Source of the DNA: an uncultured bacterium
GTDB taxonomy: Bacteria; Latescibacterota; CAZTBA01
Length of the DNA: 22,763 nucleotides
Direction of reading: 5' to 3'
Assembly (NCBI GenBank): GCA_964611725.1
Contig: CAZTBA010000040.1
Span: 1-22,763 of the forward strand
The translations under genes and the position numbers were made by a program. Positions 1 through 7,264 of the stretch are shown in pieces. Each line of letters begins with the position of its first letter. Within the stretch, counting starts at the first letter, position 1. Below the pieces are notes generated by a model. The model was not told the origin of the DNA. It searched no databases and was given only the letters and a program-made list of their open reading frames with translations.

Positions 1-264
1 TCCCTTTGGCTATTTCATTCTATAGATCTTTCCATTAACTGCGTAACTCCTGTTACTAATCAAGTGATTTTCGAAATGCTTTTGTGGCTTCTCAATGCCT
101 GCTTTTCTTGGTCTAACCCCTGTCTCTTCTCCAGGCAAGGGTTAAGGCTCCCCTCTCCGCTTGCGGAGAGGGGCTGGGGGTGAGGTTCTGGGAACAAGCA
201 ACAAAAGCTTCGTAAAAATTACTTAAAAGCGATAAAAATACCCTTCGCACAGAAAGGAGTTAAG

Positions 265-1296
265 ATGGATTATAGGTCTCTTGGACGTACAGGGGTGCCA
301 GTCAGTGTGCTCTGCTTAGGTTGTATGAACTTCGGTTGGAAAACACGGGAAGCAGAGTCAATGGATATTATTGATAAGGCGATTGACAACGGCATCAATT
401 TTCTGGACACAGCCAACGTCTATTCTCGGGGTAAGAGTGAATCTATCGTAGGAAAAGCTCTGAAAAGAAACGGAAAACGGGACAACATAGTCCTGGCAAC
501 TAAAGTACATGGGCGTATGGACGATGACGATATCTTGGCTGCAGGCAATAACCGGAGGCACATTATCGACCAATGCGAATCCTCACTCAAACGACTGCAA
601 ACAGATTACATTGATCTGTATCAGATACACCGCCCGAGATCCGATACCCCAATTGATGAGACCCTGCGGGCGCTTGATGATCTGATTCGAACAGGTAAGG
701 TTCGTTATATCGGTACAAGTACTTTTCCCGCCTGGCGGGTGATTGAATCATTATGGGTGGCAAAAGAATTGGGACTGAACCGTTTTGTAAGTGAGCAACC
801 ACCTTATCACCTAATGGACCGTAGCATTGAGAGAGAATTAATTCCGATGGCACAGACTTACGGGTTGGCGATTCTGCCCTGGTCACCCTTAGCACGAGGG
901 TTTTTGAGCGGCAAGTACAAACGTGGCGAGGCAATTCCCGGGGATTCCCGACTGGAAGGTGACATGCAAGGTCCTTTCAAGAAAAGGACTCAACAACATT
1001 TCAGTGATCGGGCATATGATTTACTTGCGGTGGTGGAGAAGCTGGCGGCCGAGAAAAATTGCAGCCCGAGTCAGTTAGCACTGGCATGGTTGATCCAACA
1101 ACCGGGTGTCACGAGCGCAATTACAGGGCCACGAACCATGGCCCATCTGGATGACTGTTTGGGTGCCACACCTGTGGAAATCACCGATGATGACCGCAGC
1201 CGGTTGGATGAAGTTGCTGAACCAGAATTGGCGATTGTACCCTATTATCACGGTAGTATGATCGATTTTAAAGCACCAAGATTTAACTGGCAGTAG
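265..1296 (+). CDS. aldo/keto reductase (AKR superfamily, Tas/YajO-like NAD(P)H-dependent oxidoreductase)
   Basis: 343-aa ORF. AKR-typical N-terminus (LGRTGVPVSVLCLGCMNFG), the D-x-A-x-x-Y catalytic region (FLDTANVYSRGKSE), LYQIHRP and a C-terminal PGV(T/S)SAITGPRT-type segment. SD AAAGGAG (253-259) lies 5 nt before the ATG at 265. Confidence 0.9.
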   Translation: MDYRSLGRTGVPVSVLCLGCMNFGWKTREAESMDIIDKAIDNGINFLDTANVYSRGKSESIVGKALKRNGKRDNIVLATKVHGRMDDDDILAAGNNRRHIIDQCESSLKRLQTDYIDLYQIHRPRSDTPIDETLRALDDLIRTGKVRYIGTSTFPAWRVIESLWVAKELGLNRFVSEQPPYHLMDRSIERELIPMAQTYGLAILPWSPLARGFLSGKYKRGEAIPGDSRLEGDMQGPFKKRTQQHFSDRAYDLLAVVEKLAAEKNCSPSQLALAWLIQQPGVTSAITGPRTMAHLDDCLGATPVEITDDDRSRLDEVAEPELAIVPYYHGSMIDFKAPRFNWQ

Positions 1297-1353
1297 GCAA
1301 GTTTCAGAAAGTATTTTTGGGTTTTTGCTGATAGCACCTGAAATTCTTCAATT

Positions 1354-1438
1354 GCTGTCGTTGTTTCAGATATTTACCTGTAGAGACGACCCGGTGGGTC
1401 GTCTCCAAAACAGGAAAAGACAAAACATTTTCCGAAAT
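1354..1438 (+). repeat. conserved ~85-nt intergenic element, copy 1 (hairpin with covariation; consensus GCTGTCG-N3-TTTCAG-N3-TTTAYCTGTAGAGACG-[11 nt]-CGTCTCCAAAACARGAAAAG)
   Basis: The perfect hairpin GAGACGACCC-GGT-GGGTCGTCTC (1383-1405) sits inside flanks that are near-identical to the minus-strand sequence at 19155-19239. It lies 58 nt after the AKR stop and ~320 nt upstream of the ORF starting at 1762. Confidence 0.7.
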
Positions 1439-1473
1439 ACGCTTAGAGATTAAACCTGAATATATAGAGGATC

Positions 1474-1685
1474 GCCGACACGCCTGACAACGGCTGCAGC
1501 GGAGTGGCAAACTCGGGGCTGGTTCGGTCGTGTCGACAATGGTGAGCGAAGTAGTTCTGCCGGTGGAGGCTCGGGATCTCTCCGCTGATAGTGGTCCTTT
1601 TCAGAGATCCGTGTAGGGTTATCCAAGAGATACCCCCTGTCTTGGTCGATCACATAGGAATCGCCCCTACAATCCAACCCTACAC
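1474..1685. other. GC-rich structured non-coding region with nested inverted repeats (candidate ncRNA / cis-regulatory leader)
   Basis: Four inverted repeats are present: CGACACG(1476-1482)/CGTGTCG(1529-1535); GGATCTCT(1574-1581)/AGAGATCC(1603-1610); GTGTAGGGTT(1611-1620)/AACCCTACAC(1676-1685), which encloses CCAAGA(1623-1628)/TCTTGG(1640-1645); and a CCCTACA direct repeat. No convincing ORF. Confidence 0.4.
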
Positions 1686-1761
1686 GAATTTGCGAAATGA
1701 ATTACTAGCTGAACCATACATTTAGTGATAAAAACAAGAGTTACAGAAAGGTCGAGATACG

Positions 1762-2469
1762 ATGCCTGGCGTGATGTCCTGGGGTGAAATGGACTGGCTT
1801 TTCCCGGACTTCCGGGACACTGGTCTCATATATCACGGTACACGGGCGGAGCACCTGCCTGCGATCTTCCGAGAGGGCTTGCAGCCGGGTGTTGCTAAAG
1901 ACGGTCACGGCACTATCTACGATGCCCTTTACCGTCATCGTCCGCCGTCAGTTCCTGACTGGGTGGATCCAAGGCGGTGCATCTTCGGGTACATGAACAG
2001 GAAACGGTTTCCGGCCAACAAGTGTGGGGCCATCATTGGTATCCAATGCATCGACAGTGTCCGACAGCGCACATGGTTCGCAGTCAGCAAGTTTTGCGAT
2101 TGGATCTACTGTCCCCGGGAGGCGGGTTACTTCGATACTGAGGCCAGGGCCGCGTACTACAAGCAGGTGGTGGAGCCAGTCTGTGCCAGAGCATATTGGG
2201 ACATGAGCCTATCGTTCGAGACAAACCTGTCCATCCGCCACGACGAGTTGCTCAACACCCAGCAATGCCAGGAGCTGTTGATCTGTCTCGAACGCATTGA
2301 CGCCGACTATCTGTCTTTGCAGGCAGTGACGACTCCCGGGCAAGATCCCGTGCTTCGGACAATGTACCCAGACCTCTTCGATGAAGCAGAGACGAGACTG
2401 AAGCAAGGACTGCCAGTCTCTGAGCAGATCAAAGCGATCGAAGAGCACGCAATCAGTGCCAGGCGCTGA
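1762..2469 (+). CDS. hypothetical protein; N-terminal ~140 aa resemble the ADP-ribosyltransferase (PARP/Tpt1-like) fold, C-terminal ~95 aa unknown
   Basis: 235-aa ORF with ATG at 1762 and a weak SD (AGAAAGG, 10-nt spacer). Residues 22-57 (LIYHGTRAEHLPAIFREGLQPGVAKDGHGTIYDALY) match, from memory, the H-G-S/T beta-strand plus 'I..GL' helix plus 'GxG(I)Y.A' strand shared by the PARP1 catalytic domain (LLWHGSRTTNFAGILSQGL...GKGIYFAD) and KptA/Tpt1 (FLYHGTASRFLDEIKKQGL...HYVHLS). I recognise no other domain. It is preceded by a 465-bp structured leader. Confidence 0.55.
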   Translation: MPGVMSWGEMDWLFPDFRDTGLIYHGTRAEHLPAIFREGLQPGVAKDGHGTIYDALYRHRPPSVPDWVDPRRCIFGYMNRKRFPANKCGAIIGIQCIDSVRQRTWFAVSKFCDWIYCPREAGYFDTEARAAYYKQVVEPVCARAYWDMSLSFETNLSIRHDELLNTQQCQELLICLERIDADYLSLQAVTTPGQDPVLRTMYPDLFDEAETRLKQGLPVSEQIKAIEEHAISARR

Positions 2470-2557
2470 GGGGAACGGACCACCGAATCAAGCCTTGCGC
2501 CGGACGCCGCATATGCGCCGCCTGTGAAGGTCACACTAAGATGAGGAGAAGATCCAG

Positions 2558-3757
2558 ATGTCATGGTTGCTCAAAGATCCACCCGATTTCAGCAAACATA
2601 ATGAGGAAGTAGCAGCACTATGGGATTCCTATCACAAAGGCCAGCCCAAGCGCGTACCGGTATCCATTCGCGGCAGTATACGCAACTTGATCCAGAACCC
2701 GGACTTGAACACAACCGGGTACACATTCAAAGATTTCTTTACGGATCCGGAGGCTCAGATTCAGTGCCAGTTGTCCTTCCAGAAGTGGTGCCGATACCAT
2801 GTGCTCTGCGACGAAGAGATGGGACCGCCGAGGGATGGCTGGCCGCTCTGCGTTGATTTCCAGAATTCCTATGACGCCGGGTGGTTCGGCTGTCCCCTGT
2901 ACTACGATGGCAACGCCGTGCCCGACACGATCGAGATTCTCAAGGAGAACAAGCACAAGCTCTACGACATGGAATGTCCGGATCTGCTGCATGGGGGGCT
3001 GATGAACCGAGCGGTGGAATTCTATGAGTACATGCATCAACGGTGCAGGAATCTGGAGTTTGAGAACCTGCCGGTACTCCCACCACGTACCATTCCCGCG
3101 GAAAGCTGCGACGGGCCGCTGGATGCGGCCTACAAGCTGCGTGGGGCAGCCGAAGTCTGCATGGACATGCTCACTGATCCGAACTACTACCATGATCTAA
3201 TGGAGTTCATCACCGAATCTCTCATCCGACGCATGAAGACGGTCCGCGAATGGCGCTGGGAACACTTTCTCGATTCCCCGGACAAGGGATGCTTCCGACA
3301 GCCCAACTTCGTCTTCGCCGATGATGCGGTAGTGTTACTCTCGATGGATCAATACCGAGAGTTTGTCTTCCCATACCACAGGCGCTTTGTGGAGGAGTTC
3401 AGCGACGGCGGGCGGACCAGCGTTCATATGTGCGGGGATGCTACACGATTTTTCCGGTTCCTTCGCGACCATCTCAACGTGTACAGTTTCGACACCGGTT
3501 TTCCCGTGGACCACGGGTGGCTGCGAAAGGAGCTCGGACCGGAGGTCCAGATTTCCGGGGGACCATCGGTCATGCTGGTCAAAGACGGACCGATTTCAGC
3601 GATTCGGAATCGGGTTCGGGACATCTGTGAGTCGGGTATTATGGAGGGGGGCAGGTTCATCCTGATCGCTGCGAACAACATGGCTCCATGCACGCCCGTG
3701 GAGCATATTGTTGCAATGTATGATGCCGCAAAGCAATTCGGCCGCTACGATTCCTAG
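2558..3757 (+). CDS. uroporphyrinogen decarboxylase (URO-D)/MtaA-CmuA-like family protein, paralog 1
   Basis: 399-aa ORF. SD GAGGAG (2544-2549) lies 8 nt before the ATG. It has URO-D-family length and layout, and a C-terminal 'SVHMCGD' matching the family's (I/V)H(I/M)CG motif followed by a TIM-barrel tail. It is paralogous in motif order to the next gene. Confidence 0.7.
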   Translation: MSWLLKDPPDFSKHNEEVAALWDSYHKGQPKRVPVSIRGSIRNLIQNPDLNTTGYTFKDFFTDPEAQIQCQLSFQKWCRYHVLCDEEMGPPRDGWPLCVDFQNSYDAGWFGCPLYYDGNAVPDTIEILKENKHKLYDMECPDLLHGGLMNRAVEFYEYMHQRCRNLEFENLPVLPPRTIPAESCDGPLDAAYKLRGAAEVCMDMLTDPNYYHDLMEFITESLIRRMKTVREWRWEHFLDSPDKGCFRQPNFVFADDAVVLLSMDQYREFVFPYHRRFVEEFSDGGRTSVHMCGDATRFFRFLRDHLNVYSFDTGFPVDHGWLRKELGPEVQISGGPSVMLVKDGPISAIRNRVRDICESGIMEGGRFILIAANNMAPCTPVEHIVAMYDAAKQFGRYDS

Positions 3758-3870
3758 TAGAAACTGAGAAGAAACCACCGAACCAGAGGATTGACAGCGA
3801 CTCCGTGAAAGCCTCGCGGTTTCCACTGAGCGCCTCATCCTCGCCGTTCGATGCATGAACTGGAGAGACG

Positions 3871-4989
3871 ATGCTGACTCCCCGAGAAAACATACTGGAG
3901 GTCTTCCGGCAAGGGACTCCTGAGTGGATTCCACTGGTGACCCATGTGGACCCATACAACCAGCCAAACCGTACAGGTATGGATCCGGCATTGACTGAAG
4001 CCCTGGGAACCGTGCACTGGCATGACGAGAGTACCATCCGCCTCTCACGTTTTCTGGGCCTGGACATCATGGACTACGTCGGCGGACCGGTGCGTATTCG
4101 CAATGAGAACGTCACGGTCGAGGTCACCCAGGAAGGAGACGATACCACCCAAATCTGGCACACTCCGCAGGGCACACTGACCCAGGTGCAAAGACGTTGC
4201 CGGGATGACGGCACGTCCTACGTTGTCGAACACCTCATCAAGAACGCCTCCGACCTGCCGGCGCTGGCAGCCATATTCGAGGACCAAACCCTGATCCTCG
4301 ATACGGACGCAGTGGCCGCAATGCGGAAGCGCCAGGAACTTATCGGCAACGACGGTATACTGCAGTGCTCCATGCCGGGAACGCCGATGGGCATGATGTA
4401 CCGTGTCTACAGCGGAGTAGAGACCCTGGTGTATCTCTACCACGATGCCCCACAGGCACTGGGAGATCTGTTCACGGTCATGGAGACGAACTACCAAAAA
4501 CGGTTGAAAATCAGCCTGGAGGCCCCAGCGGATGTCCACGTGGGCATGGACGACACCTCCACAACGATTATTTCACCGGCCATGTTTGAAGCATGCAACC
4601 TCGAGCTGACGAACCAGAGGGCGGACATATGCCACGAAGTCGGTAAACTCTACTTTCATCACTCTTGCGGCCTCATCCGTGACCTGCTCCCGCTTTATCG
4701 ACGAACCAGAATGGATGCCGTACATGCTTTCACAGAACCTCCCATTGGCAACGTGACGATCGTAGACGGCCGCAAGCTACTGGGCGACAGGATCGCCATA
4801 CGCGGCAATGTGGCTGCGATGGCCGAGGAATCCTGGGAGCCGGAAGCTATGCGGAAGAGCGTCCGCGAGCTCTTCAGGGGCATCACCCCAAGGGATCACG
4901 TTGCGCTCAGTATAACTGCCTACCCCCACAGGACGATTGACCAGATGAAGTTGGTCGTTGAAGCATGTCGAATGTATCGAGACATCTGA
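3871..4989 (+). CDS. uroporphyrinogen decarboxylase (URO-D)/MtaA-CmuA-like family protein, paralog 2
   Basis: 372-aa ORF. The N-terminus MLTPRENILEVFRQGTPEWIPL is the classic URO-D/MtaA opening (MTPRERLLAAL..G...DRVP-like), and 'FHHSCG' corresponds to the (I/V)HxCG motif. Weak SD GGAGAG lies 3 nt before the ATG. Confidence 0.75.
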   Translation: MLTPRENILEVFRQGTPEWIPLVTHVDPYNQPNRTGMDPALTEALGTVHWHDESTIRLSRFLGLDIMDYVGGPVRIRNENVTVEVTQEGDDTTQIWHTPQGTLTQVQRRCRDDGTSYVVEHLIKNASDLPALAAIFEDQTLILDTDAVAAMRKRQELIGNDGILQCSMPGTPMGMMYRVYSGVETLVYLYHDAPQALGDLFTVMETNYQKRLKISLEAPADVHVGMDDTSTTIISPAMFEACNLELTNQRADICHEVGKLYFHHSCGLIRDLLPLYRRTRMDAVHAFTEPPIGNVTIVDGRKLLGDRIAIRGNVAAMAEESWEPEAMRKSVRELFRGITPRDHVALSITAYPHRTIDQMKLVVEACRMYRDI

Positions 4990-5202
4990 GAGAATCAGCA
5001 CCGAACGGGCGCTTGCACGCGACCGCCCTGACTCTGTTGTTCTCACTGTAGTCCTGTCCGTTATTGACGCTCTTCTTCTTTTCAGAAGTTCCTTTGTTAG
5101 TTTTGGCAGCAGGCGAATCACAGGCCGTTCGGACCACAGAGAATGAAATCAATCTGCCAAGTTCTCCAACTCACTCGAGATTGATTCCGAAAGGGGATCA
5201 CA

Positions 5203-7200
5203 ATGAATGAAACACACCTTATCCCTGTCACAAAGCCCGAAGATATGCTGAAGAGCCGAGAATGGGCGGGACGCTTCCTCTCCGGTCCCGCCGACCTTCC
5301 CGTCTCTTTCATGTTCGATGGAAGGACCATAGGCGGCATCCCGAAAGACTGGCAACCGGTTTCAACCAGACGCCGCATCGACGCCAATATCTTCGAGACG
5401 GTTTTTGAAGGCAGGGACGCCGGGACCGGCTTGAATGTGCGGGTCGAGTGCACGGAGTATCAGGACTACCCGGTTGTGGAATGGGTGGCATGGCTCACCA
5501 ACAAGGGCAATGAAGCCACACCGGTGATCCGTGACATCCTCGCAATGGACGGAACGTTCAATGGTTCTTCGCCCATTCTGTATCACTGCAATGGCGACTT
5601 CTACAGTGAGGAAGGATACACACCTCAAGAGACTCCCCTACGCGCGGGAGCCACACTCGACTTTGCCCCCAACGGGGGCCGTCCCTGTGACGGCGCATTC
5701 CCCTACTACCGAATCATGTTCGAGGACTGCGGTCTATCCATGGCCATCGGCTGGCCCGGGCAGTGGGCGGCAACTTTCAAAGGGCTTGCGGACGGCGTAC
5801 ACGTTCAGGTGGGTCAGGAAAAGACGAATCTTCGGCTCATGCCGGGTGAAAGCATCCGCACGCCGCGAATGACCGTTCTGTCCTGGACAGGGGACGTTTC
5901 AAGAGCGGTAAACCTGTGGCGGCGGTGGTATATTGCCCACATCCTTCCAAGGCCCAACGGTCAACCGATGAAACCGCTGCTGGCCTGCGAGGGCCCTGGT
6001 GACGGCGTGGAATTCACAGCAGCCACCGAAGAGAATCAACTCCTGCATATCGAGATGGCCAAACAGCGTGGAATTCCATTTGACGTCTGGTGGATCGATG
6101 CCGGCTGGTATCCCTGCTACGACGAAAATCATGAAAGAACATGGCCGGTAACAGGCACATGGGAGCCCGACCCCGAAAGGTTTCCCAACGGTCTGAAACC
6201 GGTATCCGACTGCGCAGCCCGAAACGGCGCGGACCTGTTGATCTGGTTTGAGCCGGAAAGAGTACGCCTCGGCACAAAACTCGATGTGGAACACCCGGAA
6301 TGGCTTCTGAGGATGGGTGAGAGCGATAACAGTCTGTTGAATCTGGGCAACCCGGAATGCCGTCAACGGCTTACCGATCACGTGTGCAGGCTGATCAAGG
6401 ACAACGGCATAAAGATCTACAGACAGGATCACAACTTCGAGCCGCTGGAATATTGGCGCAGGAACGAGGACCCGGACCGTCAGGGCATGAATGAGAACCT
6501 GCATGTTCAGGGCTACCTTCAGTACTGGGACGACCTGCTGGCACGAAATCCCGGCCTGTGGCTCGATTCATGCGCGAGCGGAGGACGTCGCAATGACCTC
6601 GAAACCATGCGCCGTTCCGTGCCGCTGCACTATACCGACTACGGGTACGGGGATCATCCGGTGAAGCTGGCATTCCACCACACACTGTATGCGTGGCTAC
6701 CTTATTTCAAGGAATCCGCGCTCTCCTGGGATATCGGCGGAAGGGCGAGGTTCGCCCACCAGGTAGACAGCTTCTCCTACCACTGCGGCATGGCTCCCCT
6801 GTTTTCTACAGCTCTCGACATCCGCCGTGACGACTACGACTATGCCCTTGCCAAGAGAATGATCGACATCTGGCGCCAGGCATCCGATCTGATGCTGTAC
6901 GGCGACTACTATCCCCTTACGCCGTTCCACCGCAGCGCTGAGAAATGGGTCATCTGGCAGTTTGACTGCCCGGAAAAGGGCTGTGGGCTCGTCCAGGGAA
7001 TCCGTCTTCCGGAATCGCCGGAAGAGACCATCACAGTCCATCCGAAGGGTATTCGCTCGGATTCAACGTACTTCTTCGAGAACGCTGAAACTGGTGAGAC
7101 AAGGGACATTTCGGGAGCGGATCTGCTCCACGGTGATTTCACGTTCGCGCTTCCGAAGCGCAGTGGGGCCATCTGGTTCTATCGAAAGAACCCCGAATAG
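5203..7200 (+). CDS. glycoside hydrolase, clan GH-D (GH36/melibiase-like alpha-galactosidase family)
   Basis: 665-aa ORF. SD AAGGGGA lies 5 nt before the ATG. Three motifs match GH36 from memory: 'FDVWWIDAGWY' (like LDDGWF), 'LLIWFEPERV' (like GLWFEPEMV) and 'IKIYRQDHN ... LDSCASGGRRND' (like KWDMNR ... CSSGGGRFD). There is no N-terminal signal peptide. Confidence 0.65.
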   Translation: MNETHLIPVTKPEDMLKSREWAGRFLSGPADLPVSFMFDGRTIGGIPKDWQPVSTRRRIDANIFETVFEGRDAGTGLNVRVECTEYQDYPVVEWVAWLTNKGNEATPVIRDILAMDGTFNGSSPILYHCNGDFYSEEGYTPQETPLRAGATLDFAPNGGRPCDGAFPYYRIMFEDCGLSMAIGWPGQWAATFKGLADGVHVQVGQEKTNLRLMPGESIRTPRMTVLSWTGDVSRAVNLWRRWYIAHILPRPNGQPMKPLLACEGPGDGVEFTAATEENQLLHIEMAKQRGIPFDVWWIDAGWYPCYDENHERTWPVTGTWEPDPERFPNGLKPVSDCAARNGADLLIWFEPERVRLGTKLDVEHPEWLLRMGESDNSLLNLGNPECRQRLTDHVCRLIKDNGIKIYRQDHNFEPLEYWRRNEDPDRQGMNENLHVQGYLQYWDDLLARNPGLWLDSCASGGRRNDLETMRRSVPLHYTDYGYGDHPVKLAFHHTLYAWLPYFKESALSWDIGGRARFAHQVDSFSYHCGMAPLFSTALDIRRDDYDYALAKRMIDIWRQASDLMLYGDYYPLTPFHRSAEKWVIWQFDCPEKGCGLVQGIRLPESPEETITVHPKGIRSDSTYFFENAETGETRDISGADLLHGDFTFALPKRSGAIWFYRKNPE

Positions 7201-7264
7201 AGGACTGAAACCGACACCGAGCGGTACCGCTGACTTCCATTCCGTTACAGAGAGGAGGTGCGTC

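Noticed and set aside
150-173. GC-rich hairpin CCCCTCTCCGC-TT-GCGGAGAGGGG as terminator of an upstream gene
   Set aside because: There is no U-tract on either strand, and no ORF is visible upstream within the window to terminate. It is left unassigned. It could also be a REP-like palindrome.
1304-1677. Small minus-strand ORFs (68 and 75 aa) in the 465-bp leader
   Set aside because: There is no SD. They overlap the inverted-repeat block. Composition is Pro/Arg-rich, as expected from reading GC-rich structured DNA. They are more likely non-coding.
1574-1685. Possible TPP (THI-box) riboswitch in the structured leader (GAGATACCCC resembles CUGAGAUACCC)
   Set aside because: The order and content of the other conserved TPP elements (the ACCUGAUCUGGAUAAUGCCAGCGUAGGGAA block at the 3' side) are absent. 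Here TAGGG lies 5' of the GAGATACC segment. The downstream gene is not thiamine-related.
2618-6504. Minus-strand ORFs 2618..3193 (191 aa), 4045..4539 (164 aa), 5118..5453 and 5899..6504 (201 aa)
   Set aside because: All are antisense to well-supported plus-strand genes (URO-D-like x2, GH36-like). They have no start-site support and no motifs. They are typical antisense open frames in GC-rich DNA.
6962-7264. N-terminal 101 codons of the 6962..8734 ORF
   Set aside because: It overlaps the 3' end of the GH36-like gene in another frame and encodes only basic low-complexity sequence. There is a perfect AGGAGG 6 nt upstream of GTG 7265, which places the Rossmann motif at the expected position.
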